The notes: generated from the letters alone by a model not told the origin. A DNA stretch of 64,000 nt from Alphaproteobacteria bacterium (GCA_965203415.1 CBDBCS010000006.1:343789-407788), one strand, 5' to 3'; positions 41,901 through 52,485 are shown, counted from the stretch's first letter. Numbers and translations are program-made.

Positions 41901-42174
41901 TCTATTGCGTATTGAACGCGCCGACTCGCCGGACAATGCCGCCCCAGCGGCATCGGACCCTCTCACCGAGGTCCTGTTGCAACAGAGCCATTTTGAAGAC
42001 CCCGAAGACCACGACCGAATCTATCGAGAGGGACGCTGGTATGCTCTGAATCGATCCGATACGTCGGACGCGGAGGACACATCGGACGCGGGGGACGCGG
42101 CGAGCGGGACTCTGATGGGTGTCTGGGTCGAGGCCTCTGAAGCTTCTATCGAGGTTGAGCTAGCAGCGTTCTAG
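35920..42174 (+). CDS. giant (2084 aa) Tat-signal lipoprotein with Ig-like/beta-rich repeats, FG-GAP-like DxNGDGxxD repeats and an RTX-like C-terminal module; probable surface adhesin-like protein
   Basis: N-terminus SRRRLFLGTGFLGLIAACGG has a twin-arginine motif plus lipobox. Repeated GDFNGDGLADVLLG, GDINGDGLADVAYG and GDINGDGVDDVLVT (FG-GAP/integrin-alpha-like) occur around aa 1500-1800. The C-terminal ...LSGTGDDTLYLESTGAFMVDGGAGQDTLVVG...LDL resembles the modules of the 24570 gene. Confidence 0.7.
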   Translation: MGDEDEFHMTLLSFFPVWFPGGPNGDSSRRRLFLGTGFLGLIAACGGSDGSSNSGDANGDSQTRADGSELYSVTTSRDNDGNLLVTLDFSLAISGIEESDFDVQHASILNTLATEAGPNNPLVITLSLDDPRSGPALLILKSGEVFSLVDSMTPVVVPASQTLVELPAVTVSVSVSEPVPAPVPAPVSPDTTPPRLEADTNGDTVLISETTLNDAEPRTHITFAFDEKTRGLQLEDFRLEGDGSLTMSSGDQQIFTLTLVAAEGVGEQTLAIYFTENASFTDLAGNTAVEFRGMELASFLADRLAPRLAEGQSLPETLWFGDFVLDATTGRQSLTYDLADAFIDDSGMTTLFLGEEYQAQERLNFVDATLSESLQLTLELVEDVTQRPSLGEQLEFSVLDTAGNRLAVGTTVFRTGLQFRYDDTWLYYTIETVLGDVAPAVSHFTLEGIGGQANIREVSEPVAGSTPYHQRFTVTIDPGAQLADATVTLVSSEPTIRLPSQPLEVDNTPLAFSSLTVTTAPGLSGGLPELRAAFETTTVTLSFTDDQIAFPSFDPLDFAFEGRGLHLVSIASPQPDQIALVLEAAPGIFAQSVTLMFSQSVSIEDDNRNPSEPDFAGQELARFFVSTAPPVRLSSIENQTLDFSSSLNPSFADITLSEFFSIDGAALRYAVSSNGQTVADTTISDEGVLVLTTRPGISGSQTVTVVAEAASNNGVAAGAMVVAMATDSFVLTAAPPTSAGPTLEGVTSFGLPLLAHRREGGLVLTFSEPLNESLDVTDFVIQDAAGDPVPDLALEVASYGASKTVTLFVQDTASDPRSAIRATVQFASDASFGDRQNNPFTVTITAPDPDDPSMTVVLTDQNDSLPTFLIQTDPPPPFLEASRRYFPIPDTVTAGAVLFPQNLETYFEGATRFSFRESVRTGDGGPIGASISDANVLTVTATGEEGLETLLVTANYPESFDLDNRTVSWIFWRGEALIEPTAGVSLPTNLANFATRTIWDLSEYFEPTSDSDPPLGFQFSRTGLSLVETELNGTSLSLTPLEGTHGMEVLTVTAVHDNGWGLTHAITLSFEAVTLDLEPETAEEGTDFSFDLKTVLTGFGVAETDLLSYEVSATHDGAAVEDFVTVSTAGGRRGIVRTPDGTMLPEVTAAQLYTLSVTLKWEAGTTTLTHTDSFELTVTNRSGDLDLIARRDVTALGNFDLDTEAHRTRRLDVLNEIFTTTLAAADIEFSYQVAPRGDPRQTVFELTEPFLNLADALDGLSASALLTHTEFDLILRARPSNSPEVTTHSILLQSAVHHSHAQLAAETTQELPAALGLIGRNPQTSRVLEPFYIQSLGDLDRDGLDDFVVAQATGATSHSIVRGSTTFGTHDTYEAHAAEPPPAGTSPPAAAVLENFPLDGALQRGWRGDLDQDGSPDFGIGDRFFLGTSGGGLAPAETFPAIGALGTAAQSTTGPANAQTPVAEIPVVTSSGDVDQNGLVDWVVHAPASDALVFIQSGVSTAADVFFDVALVRAHAFHASFHAATDFFVPDAVEDGRLSPASGPAGSYQTAGLFLRTTDTGDSELVEAGFSFYHASFSSHPGSALPAGDINGDGVDDVLVTIPGRDAPGAANAGAVAVLYGSSGLGPGLGPGVYYQTHTPQLDASAEATPGLGSLGFRALNETHLNGGRHGFMIHSSEAGQLLGRHVVPVGDFNGDGLADVLLGVPGVSGEGTHRLLVYLGTASASAQLDIGERDAEAFQNSFFEITSSVDSFGQTLAPVGDFNGDGLSDFLVGGPEASYLFFGQRGSRADLAGMVFSADTAETTPGGAPTQMLRLAGEGHAVQGLGDINGDGLADVAYGTQHGTFRVLYGNTHYGTEAGEGTPSPYASHAGDDHRDAPIQSGQTALSGTGDDTLYLESTGAFMVDGGAGQDTLVVGRGLELDLTTHGPGPGADLGARLGRGDVRNIETLALYDESESVVKLDRAAVLDLIETSPLQTLNVTFEGGGVETITARLLRIERADSPDNAAPAASDPLTEVLLQQSHFEDPEDHDRIYREGRWYALNRSDTSDAEDTSDAGDAASGTLMGVWVEASEASIEVELAAF

Positions 42175-42373
42175 CTGGCTCTCTGCGGCGGCCTCTCTTT
42201 CCGGATAGGCGGGCGGCGGGCGTTTCCCTCAAAGAGCTTGTTTTTTAAGGCAGGTGGTTTTATGCTGAAGGCCTCCGGCGGGAGTGGTCCCGAGGGAAAA
42301 TTCCGGCCTGTATTTGGGCCGGTCCATTCTTTCTTTGAGAGCGGCTTTTAAATCCGATAGGAGGTCAATAGCG

Positions 42374-43012
42374 ATGCGTTTTATGTTTTCATCCAAGCGG
42401 CGAGCTTTTCTCGGGCAGTCGGCGGCGGCTTCTGTCGGGATTTTCGGCCTGTTGTCGGGCGGGCGTTTGGCGTGGGGGCAGACGGCTGCCTATCCGCTGG
42501 AGGTTCCGTATGGGTCGCCGGAGGCCCCTCATGTTTTGCTGGAGTTCTATTCGCTGACCTGCTCGCATTGTTCGAGCTTTCACCGCGACTATTTTCCCCG
42601 TCTCAAAGCGGAATTTCTAGACCCCGGGCGGGTCCGGCTTGTCATGCGGCCTTTTCCGCTGGATGGCTGGGCGTTGCGAGCGCATGCGTTGGTCACGTGT
42701 CCCGCGGAGCTCTGGCAGCGGCAACGCTTGAATGATTATTTACTCGAGAACCGCGCCACGTGGGTGGAGGGCGATATTGGCGCCAATCTCGTCGAGATCG
42801 CGGGCCTCGTCGGCCTGAGTCGAGAACGCGCACAGGCGTGTCTGGAAGACCGGACCCGCCTGGAGGCCATCTTTGCTCTCAAAACCGCAGACCAGGGCAC
42901 GTATCAGATCCAGGGGACGCCCAGTTTCGCCCTGGACGAGGCGAAATTGTCCTTTGCCAATTTCGAGAATCTGTTCGAACAGATAGAAGAGACAATCGCC
43001 GAGGCCTCTTGA
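42374..43012 (+). CDS. DsbA-family thiol:disulfide oxidoreductase (Tat-like signal SKRRAFLG)
   Basis: Thioredoxin-fold CSHC active site (LLEFYSLTCSHCSSFH); conserved position immediately upstream of smc in alphaproteobacteria. Confidence 0.8.
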   Translation: MRFMFSSKRRAFLGQSAAASVGIFGLLSGGRLAWGQTAAYPLEVPYGSPEAPHVLLEFYSLTCSHCSSFHRDYFPRLKAEFLDPGRVRLVMRPFPLDGWALRAHALVTCPAELWQRQRLNDYLLENRATWVEGDIGANLVEIAGLVGLSRERAQACLEDRTRLEAIFALKTADQGTYQIQGTPSFALDEAKLSFANFENLFEQIEETIAEAS

Positions 43013-43021
43013 AGAGAGGCC

Positions 43022-46000
43022 ATGCATCTGAGTCGCCTTAGTCTAGCCGGGTTCAAGTCTTTCGCCGACCTCGCCGAGATCAGTTTTGATCGGAAGCTCA
43101 CGGGACTCATCGGGCCGAATGGGTGCGGGAAGTCCAATATCGTAGAGGCCCTGCGGTGGGGGATGGGCGAGAACTCGGCTCGGCGTCTGCGGGGCGCCGG
43201 CATGGAGGACGTGATTTTCGCCGGAACAGGCGACCGGGCCGCCAGAAATCTGGCCGAAGTCACGCTCTATATAGACAACCGAGACCACCAGGCCCCCGAG
43301 CCCTGGAAAGACCGCCTGGAGATCACCGTCACACGCAAAATTCAGCGCGACTTGGGCTCGGTTTATCGCGTGAACGGGCGAGAAGTTCGCGCGCGCGATG
43401 TGCAGATTTTATTCGCGGCCCTCTCGAGTGGCCCTGGGTCGCTCTCCATTGTGGGGCAGGGGCGCGTTGCCCGTCTCATCGAAGCACGGCCGGAAGAACG
43501 CCGTCTCCTGCTCGAGGAGGCTGCCGGTATCCGCAGTCTGCACCATCGCCGCCATGAGATAGAACTCAAACTCAAAGCGACCGAGGCGAATTTAACCACC
43601 CTGCGCGACCAGATGCAGGGTCTTCTCTCGAGTCACACCCGGCTGCTGCACCAGGTGAAACAGGCTCGGGCTTATCGGCGTTACGCCGACCAGCTGCGCG
43701 AGCTGGAACGCAAAAGCGCGCTGGCAACATGGCGAGCGCATGTCCAGACGGCTTTGACCGCTCAGACGCGCTTGTCGGAGGGCCTCACCCGATACACCGA
43801 AGCCCGAAAAGAGGCCGAAGCCGCCCAGGCGGCTCTAGCGGCGGGGGAGTCTCGGCTTGCCGACCAACGGCGGCACCTTTCGGCATTGTCGGCTCAAACG
43901 CGCCAGGGGCAGGTGGCATGGCAAGCGCAGCGCGCCCAGCTTGAGGCTCTGACCCAGCGGCGGCAATTTCTGACAACCATGCGCGAGGAGGCCCTCAAGC
44001 AGGCGAGGCAGGCCGAAACGGACGCTCAACAGGCCGAAGAAAAGCTGGCCAAGCTTCGCCTCGAGCAGCACCAGGAAGACGTCGCCGCCCCGCCCTTGCG
44101 CGAAGAGGAACTCGGACAAGAGCTGGCAGACTGTCGCCGCGAACGCGATCTCGCGCGCCAGGAACACGCCGAGCTGGCTCAACGCCTGGCTGTCCTGACG
44201 GCTGAAAAGGCTCTCCGGGAAAAAACGCGCCAGCGTGAAGAGCTCGAGCGGACGCAGCTGGAAAAACTTCGCCAGCAGACACTGGAAAAAGTTCAGGCGT
44301 TTGAAAAAGAGACCCAAGCCTTATCCAGCCAGCTCGAGGAAAAACGTGCCGCAAGTGAAAAACTGGCCGGAGACCTGGAGACATGTTTGTCGCATCTCCG
44401 GACGGTGCGCGCTCAGGCGGCCCGTTTTTCTGACCAGCTCCACACGGCGCGTCAGGGACAGATACAGCTCCGTCAGCGCGTGGAGAAAAACCTGTCTTCC
44501 CAACACCGAGAGCTCGCAGGGCTGGAGGCCGAATTGGCGACGCTCCGGCGCCTTGTCGGCACCCAGAATTCACAGAATTCCCAAAATTCCCAAAATTCAC
44601 AGAGGCCTTTCCAGGCTCTGGCGGAGCTCATTCGCATCGAGCCGGGGTACGAAATGGCTCTGGAGGCAGCCTTGGGGGTCCGCCTAGAGGCCCCCATCGA
44701 GCCCCTCCCCTCTGAGGCTGAGGACGGCGCGCCCGCCCCCGGGATCTCCCCCGTGGTCCCATCGGTGTCCTGGCACCAGCTCCCGCCGCTTCGCCAGCGT
44801 TTTGATTTTCCCGTCGAGACGCTTCTAGAAAAGACCGAAGCTCCTGGGCATTTGCAGCGGGCTCTATCGCAGACTGGGGTGATAGAGTCTCGGGAGCGGG
44901 GGGATTATTACCAGCCTTTCCTGAAGCCGGGTCAAGTTCTTGTCTCGAAACAGGGCGAGAGCTGGAGTTGGGACGGCTTTCGCGATGTATCGCAAAAGGC
45001 TTCTGTCCGAAAAGCGCGCCGCCTCGAGCGGGAGCGGCTGGTGCATCTCGAAACCGCGTGCGGGGTGGCTCGGGAAAAGCTTGCGGCGGAAACACAGAAA
45101 TGGGACGAGACGCAACACGCGGCGAATCGACTGATAGAGACGCTCGAGACGGCTTTGGCTCAAAAGCACGCGACGATCCGGCAGGAAACAGAGCAGGAAA
45201 CGCAAATCCGACAGCAGCTGGATGGGCTCCGGAACGGCGTTCATCGTGTGTCTCTTCGGCTGGGCGAACTCCAGTCGCATTTGACGCACGGCCGAGCCCG
45301 GCTCGAGAGGTGTCAGCGCGAACAGGAGGCTCTGGCCGAGCGGCATCCGCAGCTTGCCGCCGAACCGGCGGACGCCGAGCCTCTGGCTCGCAAGCACGAG
45401 CTGGCGACAACCCAAGTCCAGCGGCTGAACCAGCAGGTCGAAGAGCTGGAAGCCGAGCAGGCTCGCCTGCTCTTCGAGCGCGCCGCCTCGAAACGCCAGG
45501 CGGTTCGGCTCCAAGCGGAATCGGCCGAATGGACCGAACGCGCGGAAAACGCCCGGACTCGAGCTCGCCACCACCATCAGCTTGCCAGAGCGCACTCGGC
45601 CGAGGACCACCCCTTGGCCCATCAGCAGACCCAATTAGAGACGGGTCTGGCCCAGCAAGAGAAGATTCGAAACGCTCAACAAGAGCCCCTCAAGCGGCTG
45701 GAGGAAGCGATTCGCACGCAGGAACAAGACGTCCAGACGCAGGCTCGGGCCTGTCAGCACGCCCACGAGACATGCCAGAAACTGCGCGAGGAAACCATCC
45801 GAGCCGAGGAGCACCAAAAAAATTGCCAGGCCAGAACGGCAGAAATCGAAAAAAACATCCGAGAAACCTTCCAAACTCTGCCAGAAAAACCGGCCATGAC
45901 CGACATGACCCGAGCATCACAGGTGCCGCCAGAAGAGCTGCGAGCGCAAATCAACCGCCTGAGAGAAAAACGCGAAAAACTGGGCGAAATCAATCTGAGG

Positions 46001-46639
46001 GCCGAAACGGACGCTCAGGAGCTCGAAAAAGAACTTGAGGCTAAAAAGTCCGAAATTCGAGAAATAGAACAGGCCATCGAAAAATTCCGCCAGGCCATGC
46101 AGCACCTGGACCAAGAGGCAAGTCAGGACTTACTCGCCGCCTATGCCCGCATTAAAACCAATTTTGAAAAGATTTATCAGCGGCTCTTTGAGGGGGGCGA
46201 GGCGCGCCTGACTCTGGACGACGAGACTCGACCGCTGGAGGCGGGGCTGGAAATCTTTGCCTGCCCGCCTGGCAAACGCCTGCGCTCTATGAGTCTCCTG
46301 TCCGGCGGCGAGCAGACTTTGACGGCTTTGGCTCTTCTTTTTGCCGTCCTTTTGAGCGGTTCTTCGCTTATTTGTGTCCTGGACGAGGTCGATGCGCCTC
46401 TAGACGACGCCAATGTGGATTTGTTTTGTCAGATGCTCCAGTGGCTGGCGACCGAGAAAAACATGCGTTTTCTCGTCGTGACGCATCATCGTCTCACGAT
46501 GGCGCGCATGGATCATCTGTACGGTGTTACCATGCCGCGCCGAGGCAGTAGTCAGCTTCTGTCCGTCAATTTCGCCAAAGCGATGACCATGCTGGACACC
46601 GAAGAGATGCTTCTAGACGGGTCTACCGGGGCCGGATAA
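43022..46639 (+). CDS. smc: chromosome segregation protein SMC
   Basis: N-terminal Walker A (GLIGPNGCGKSNIVEALRWGMGE), long coiled coils, hinge, C-terminal signature LSGGEQTLTALALLFAV and Walker B (ICVLDEVDAPLDDAN). In-frame QNSQNSQNSQNSQ repeat near 44565-44600. Confidence 0.95.
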   Translation: MHLSRLSLAGFKSFADLAEISFDRKLTGLIGPNGCGKSNIVEALRWGMGENSARRLRGAGMEDVIFAGTGDRAARNLAEVTLYIDNRDHQAPEPWKDRLEITVTRKIQRDLGSVYRVNGREVRARDVQILFAALSSGPGSLSIVGQGRVARLIEARPEERRLLLEEAAGIRSLHHRRHEIELKLKATEANLTTLRDQMQGLLSSHTRLLHQVKQARAYRRYADQLRELERKSALATWRAHVQTALTAQTRLSEGLTRYTEARKEAEAAQAALAAGESRLADQRRHLSALSAQTRQGQVAWQAQRAQLEALTQRRQFLTTMREEALKQARQAETDAQQAEEKLAKLRLEQHQEDVAAPPLREEELGQELADCRRERDLARQEHAELAQRLAVLTAEKALREKTRQREELERTQLEKLRQQTLEKVQAFEKETQALSSQLEEKRAASEKLAGDLETCLSHLRTVRAQAARFSDQLHTARQGQIQLRQRVEKNLSSQHRELAGLEAELATLRRLVGTQNSQNSQNSQNSQRPFQALAELIRIEPGYEMALEAALGVRLEAPIEPLPSEAEDGAPAPGISPVVPSVSWHQLPPLRQRFDFPVETLLEKTEAPGHLQRALSQTGVIESRERGDYYQPFLKPGQVLVSKQGESWSWDGFRDVSQKASVRKARRLERERLVHLETACGVAREKLAAETQKWDETQHAANRLIETLETALAQKHATIRQETEQETQIRQQLDGLRNGVHRVSLRLGELQSHLTHGRARLERCQREQEALAERHPQLAAEPADAEPLARKHELATTQVQRLNQQVEELEAEQARLLFERAASKRQAVRLQAESAEWTERAENARTRARHHHQLARAHSAEDHPLAHQQTQLETGLAQQEKIRNAQQEPLKRLEEAIRTQEQDVQTQARACQHAHETCQKLREETIRAEEHQKNCQARTAEIEKNIRETFQTLPEKPAMTDMTRASQVPPEELRAQINRLREKREKLGEINLRAETDAQELEKELEAKKSEIREIEQAIEKFRQAMQHLDQEASQDLLAAYARIKTNFEKIYQRLFEGGEARLTLDDETRPLEAGLEIFACPPGKRLRSMSLLSGGEQTLTALALLFAVLLSGSSLICVLDEVDAPLDDANVDLFCQMLQWLATEKNMRFLVVTHHRLTMARMDHLYGVTMPRRGSSQLLSVNFAKAMTMLDTEEMLLDGSTGAG

Positions 46640-46907
46640 AGCCCTAACGCACGCCCCGCCGTCTGGGGAACCCATTTATGGGAACCCATTCATGGGAACC
46701 CATTCCCCAACAAAGAGCCGGCAAGAGCTTGGCCCACGCTCGGGCCAGGCGTTAAAAAGAAACCACCCGAAAAAAAGCCCGAAAAAACACACCGGGCGCA
46801 AGCAGGTGCCGGGCGAACGCAGGCGCCCACGTCCAATCTTGGCCGAGATAGCCGACGCCGCCCCCTCCCCTCCAAGAAGTGTTATCTTAAGCCCTATCTT
46901 ATACGAC

Positions 46908-47300
46908 ATGGCACGATTTTCTGATTACTCCATTGCGAAGCTCACGACTTGTCACCCCGATTTGCAAAAAATTTTCTACAAGGTGATCCAGAATTACGAT
47001 TGCCGAGTCCTGGAGGGCCATCGCAGCAACGCCACTCAGGAGGAACTCTTTCATCAGGGCAAAACGACCCTGCGAGGCGGGCAAAGCAAGCACAACCAAA
47101 ACCCCAGCCGAGCCGTGGATGTGGTGCCCTACCCTATCGATTGGAAGGATTTTCACCGCTTCTACCATTTTGTGGGCTATGTGCTGGCGACGGCTCACGG
47201 GCTGGGGCTGAATTTGAGATGCGGGGCCGATTGGAATCAAAATCTGATTTTCAAGGATCAGAATTTTCATGACATGCCTCATTTTGAACTCCCGGATTGA
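46908..47300 (+). CDS. peptidase M15 family (phage-endolysin-type L-Ala-D-Glu / D-Ala-D-Ala peptidase-like), lower GC than surroundings
   Basis: 130 aa from MARFSDYS...; Zn-ligand pattern LEGHRS...AVDVVPYP...FHDMPHFE typical of the M15A/M15_3 family. The ORF track starts at 46692 but the upstream part is Arg/Lys-rich low complexity. Confidence 0.65.
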   Translation: MARFSDYSIAKLTTCHPDLQKIFYKVIQNYDCRVLEGHRSNATQEELFHQGKTTLRGGQSKHNQNPSRAVDVVPYPIDWKDFHRFYHFVGYVLATAHGLGLNLRCGADWNQNLIFKDQNFHDMPHFELPD

Positions 47301-47772
47301 ATGCCCGGGCTGAGCGCCCGGGTTGAATGCCCGGGCTGAGTGCCCGGGTTGAGGCCGCATTCGAACGGCGGCCCGTTGGGCCATGTTGAGCCATGTCGGG
47401 CCATCCCGGCCGACGGACCCAGCGTCCAGCGTATAGGCAGGTGCGACGGCGGGAGGAGGACCCTTTCTGCAGCCTCCGCCCGTCCCCGCCTCCCGGCTTG
47501 TTTCCAGCTGTTCCGGACTTTTCCGGATTTTTCCGGACGTGCTATCGTGCTGTTTCGACTTGTCTCGAGGGCCAGAGTATGCTAGGGAGTTGTCCGGGAG
47601 GACCCCAGGCGATAGTCCTCGGGGGTAATCCTCGGGTCACCGTTTTGCCCATCTTCTAGCTGGCCTCTAGCTTGCCTGCGGCCTGGTGTGTGAGGGGTGG
47701 TTTCATCTAGCCGGCTTTCGTTTCGCTGGCTTCTGTTTCGCTGGCTTCCAGTGCGAGAAATGCGTTCGTTTT

Positions 47773-48318
47773 ATGGCAAAACAAGCAGAAGAACCTTTAG
47801 TACGGCGTTATGCTCGGGCTCTGTTTGAGCTCGCCCGCGACAAAAACAGCCTGGAGGCCGTCGCTGAAGACTTGGCTCAGCTGGACGCGCTACTCGGCCA
47901 GGCGCCGGAGCTTGTTTCGGCCCTCTCTGCCCCGGTTTATACGCGGGCTTCGCAGGCGCGTCTCCTGGAGGGGCTGGCTCAAAGAGCCGGTTTTCACCCC
48001 TACACCCGCAATTTCTTGCGTCTTCTGGCCCAGAAACGTCGTCAGGGCTTACTCGGGAACATGCTCCGGGCCTTTCAGGAACTCCAGGCCGAGGCTCGGG
48101 GCGACATTCGCGCGCATCTCACGAGTGCCCGGCCGCTCCCGGCCGAGCTTCGAGACGAACTGTGTGCGACGCTCGCCGCGGGTCGAGACCGCCACGTACA
48201 CCTCGACGAGCGCGTCGAACCCGCTCTTCTGGGAGGCTTTGTCCTCAAACTTGGGAGCCACCAGATAGACATGTCCATCCGGACAAAACTGGACAGGCTC
48301 TTTACCTGGAGAAATTAG
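47773..48318 (+). CDS. atpH: F0F1 ATP synthase subunit delta (OSCP)
   Basis: MAKQAEEPLVRRYARALFELA...; precedes atpA; the ORF track start at 47686 is an in-frame read-through of upstream repeats. Confidence 0.9.
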   Translation: MAKQAEEPLVRRYARALFELARDKNSLEAVAEDLAQLDALLGQAPELVSALSAPVYTRASQARLLEGLAQRAGFHPYTRNFLRLLAQKRRQGLLGNMLRAFQELQAEARGDIRAHLTSARPLPAELRDELCATLAAGRDRHVHLDERVEPALLGGFVLKLGSHQIDMSIRTKLDRLFTWRN

Positions 48319-48333
48319 GATTAGGATAGACCT

Positions 48334-49869
48334 ATGGCTATTAGTGCAGCAGAAATTTCTGACCTCCTCAGAAAACAAATAGAGAATTTCGACACCCAAG
48401 CCGATGTCGCCGAGATCGGCACGGTCCTCTCGGTGGGCGACGGCGTGGCGCGCGTCTATGGTCTCGATAACGTCCAAGCCGGCGAGATGGTCGTGTTCGA
48501 AAGCGGCGTCCGAGGCATGGCTCTCAATCTGGAGACCGACAACGTCGGCGTCGTCGTCTTTGGCGACGACCGGACGATTCGAGAGGGCGATACCGTCAAA
48601 CGCACCCAAGCCATTGTCGACGTCCCCGTCGGCAAAGAGCTCTTAGGACGCGTTGTAGACGGCATGGGCAATCCCATTGACGGCAAAGGGCCGCTCTTGA
48701 ACGAGGAGCGCCGCCAGGTCGAGACCAAAGCTCCCGGGATCATTCCTCGAAGATCCGTCCACGAGCCTGTCCAGACAGGCCTGAAGGCTCTAGATGCGCT
48801 GGTGCCGATCGGGCGCGGGCAACGAGAGCTCATTATCGGCGACCGCCAAACGGGCAAAACGGCCATCGCCGTCGACACCATCCTCAACCAGCGCGAGCTG
48901 AATGCTAAAGGCGAAGAGTCCCAAAAACTCTATTGCATCTATGTGGTCATCGGGCAAAAGCGCTCGTCGGTGGCGCAAGTCGTCCGGCAATTGGAGGAAC
49001 GCGGGGCTCTGCCGTACACCATTGTTGTTGCAGCGACGGCCTCGGACGCGGCTCCGCTGCAGTTTTTGGCTCCCTACGCCGGGTGCGCGATGGGCGAGTA
49101 TTTTCGCGACGCCGGCATGCATGCGCTTATCATTTACGACGATTTGTCGAAACAGGCGACGGCCTATCGGCAGATGTCGCTGCTTTTGCGCCGCCCGCCG
49201 GGACGCGAGGCCTATCCTGGCGATGTGTTTTATCTCCATTCGCGTCTGCTGGAGCGGGCCGCGAAACTGAGCGATGCTCATAAGGCTGGGTCTCTGACGG
49301 CTCTGCCCATCATAGAAACTCAGGCGAATGATGTCTCGGCCTATATTCCGACCAATGTGATTTCCATCACAGACGGACAAATCTTTCTGGAGACAAATCT
49401 GTTCTACAAAGGCATCCGGCCGGCGATCAATGTCGGCCTGTCCGTGAGTCGGGTCGGCTCGGCGGCTCAAACCAAGGCCATGAAAAAGGTGGCGGGCTCC
49501 ATTAAATTGGAACTGGCCCAATACCGAGAAATGGAGGCTTTTTCACAATTTGCCTCGGATTTGGATGCCTCGACGCAGGCTCTTCTGGCCCGCGGGGCGC
49601 GGCTGACCGAGCTTTTGAAGCAGCCTCAATTTTCCCCCATGCCTTTTGAAGAGCAGGTCGTTTCCATCTATGCGGGCGTCAATGGCTATCTGGAGGCCGT
49701 GGAGGTCGCTCAGGTTCAGGATTATGAACGCCAGATGCTGGTTTATTTACGGAATTCTTCCGCCGATGTTCTGGCGGCCATTCGCGACAGCGGGACTCTG
49801 TCCGACGAATCCGAGGCGGCCTTGAAGGAGGCTCTGGCGAAATTCCGTTACCAGGTTTCTCAGAACTAG
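48334..49869 (+). CDS. atpA: F0F1 ATP synthase subunit alpha
   Basis: Walker [19 protein letters not shown], ...[47 protein letters not shown]... Confidence 0.97.
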   Translation: MAISAAEISDLLRKQIENFDTQADVAEIGTVLSVGDGVARVYGLDNVQAGEMVVFESGVRGMALNLETDNVGVVVFGDDRTIREGDTVKRTQAIVDVPVGKELLGRVVDGMGNPIDGKGPLLNEERRQVETKAPGIIPRRSVHEPVQTGLKALDALVPIGRGQRELIIGDRQTGKTAIAVDTILNQRELNAKGEESQKLYCIYVVIGQKRSSVAQVVRQLEERGALPYTIVVAATASDAAPLQFLAPYAGCAMGEYFRDAGMHALIIYDDLSKQATAYRQMSLLLRRPPGREAYPGDVFYLHSRLLERAAKLSDAHKAGSLTALPIIETQANDVSAYIPTNVISITDGQIFLETNLFYKGIRPAINVGLSVSRVGSAAQTKAMKKVAGSIKLELAQYREMEAFSQFASDLDASTQALLARGARLTELLKQPQFSPMPFEEQVVSIYAGVNGYLEAVEVAQVQDYERQMLVYLRNSSADVLAAIRDSGTLSDESEAALKEALAKFRYQVSQN

Positions 49870-49936
49870 GGGGCGGTGTCAGAAACAAAACACAGCAACA
49901 CAATAGGGATAGAAACAGGGCCTTTTTCGCAATTCT

Positions 49937-50968
49937 ATGGCTTCTCTGAAAGAACTTCGGACGCGTCTGGCGGCGATTCACTCGACGCGTCGCATTACGT
50001 CCGCGATGAAGATGGTCGCGGCGGCCAAGCTGAGGCGGGCTCAAATCCAAGCCGAGCAGGCCCGTCCCTTTGCGGACCGTCTCGGTCACGTCATCGAGAA
50101 GCTGGTGCATTCGTATCAATTCGGCCCCGACCCATTCGGCACCAATCAATTCGGCCCCGGAGGGGAGGCCTCCACGGCAGGCAAAGACACGGGGCAGACG
50201 ACGCAGTTTCTCAATGCGCCGCCTTTGCTCCGAGGCAATCCCGACGGACGCCGCGTCTATCACATCGTCGTCGCCTCGGACCGGGGGTTGTGTGGCGGCT
50301 TCAATCATCATTTAATGCGCCGCGTGCAGCGTCACCTCCAGGCGCAGCGGGCGCAGCGGGCACAGCCCCAAGAGCTGGGTCTGATCACAGTCGGCCGCCG
50401 CGCGAGTCTCGCCTGTGCCGGTCTGGTGGAATCTGAGGCGCATAGCCGCTATGACGAGTTTTGTAAGCCAGCTCCAAGTTTCATTGGAGCTTTGGCTCTG
50501 TCCCAAGAGGTGTTAGATCGATTCGAGAAAGGGGAGATCTCCCGGTGCGAGATCCATTTCAACCGTTTTGTTTCGGCTCTGACGCAGACGCCCACGCGCT
50601 TAGTGCTCATTCCCTACGCTCGGACGGAGGACGCCACGTCCCCGGAAAAAGAAAATGGGACAGAAAAAAACGGCCCGCCCAGGGAATCCGGACAACCCGA
50701 CGAGACGCCCCATACGCCCTATACCTTCGAGCCCGACGAGAGCGAGCTTTTGGCGCAGCTTCTGCCGGCGAATCTTGCCACGCAAATCTACGGCGCCCTG
50801 CTAGAGAGCTTCGCCTCAGAACAAGCGGCTCGGATGACGGCGATGGACAATGCGACCCGCAATGCGGGGACGCTGATTCACGACCTGACCTTGACCTATA
50901 ACCGCGTGCGCCAGGCCGCCATCACCAAAGAGCTTATCGAGATTATCTCTGGGGCCGAAGCTCTGTAG
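49937..50968 (+). CDS. atpG: F0F1 ATP synthase subunit gamma (with two low-complexity insertions)
   Basis: MASLKELRTRLAAIHSTRRITSAMKMVAAAKLRRAQ... N-terminus and ...MTAMDNATRNAGTLIHDLTLTYNRVRQAAITKELIEIISGAEAL C-terminus. Confidence 0.9.
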   Translation: MASLKELRTRLAAIHSTRRITSAMKMVAAAKLRRAQIQAEQARPFADRLGHVIEKLVHSYQFGPDPFGTNQFGPGGEASTAGKDTGQTTQFLNAPPLLRGNPDGRRVYHIVVASDRGLCGGFNHHLMRRVQRHLQAQRAQRAQPQELGLITVGRRASLACAGLVESEAHSRYDEFCKPAPSFIGALALSQEVLDRFEKGEISRCEIHFNRFVSALTQTPTRLVLIPYARTEDATSPEKENGTEKNGPPRESGQPDETPHTPYTFEPDESELLAQLLPANLATQIYGALLESFASEQAARMTAMDNATRNAGTLIHDLTLTYNRVRQAAITKELIEIISGAEAL

Positions 50969-51010
50969 TTTTTCTTTTGTTCATCTTTTTTTCTCTATTC
51001 TGAATTCTGA

Positions 51011-52480
<1,470 letters not shown>

Positions 52481-52485
52481 CTCCC

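Noticed and set aside
24570-42174. Type I secretion (RTX toxin) system
   Set aside because: RTX-like GGxGxD repeats are present, but no ABC transporter, MFP or TolC genes occur in the window and both giant proteins have N-terminal Sec/Tat-type signals; cannot call a T1SS substrate.
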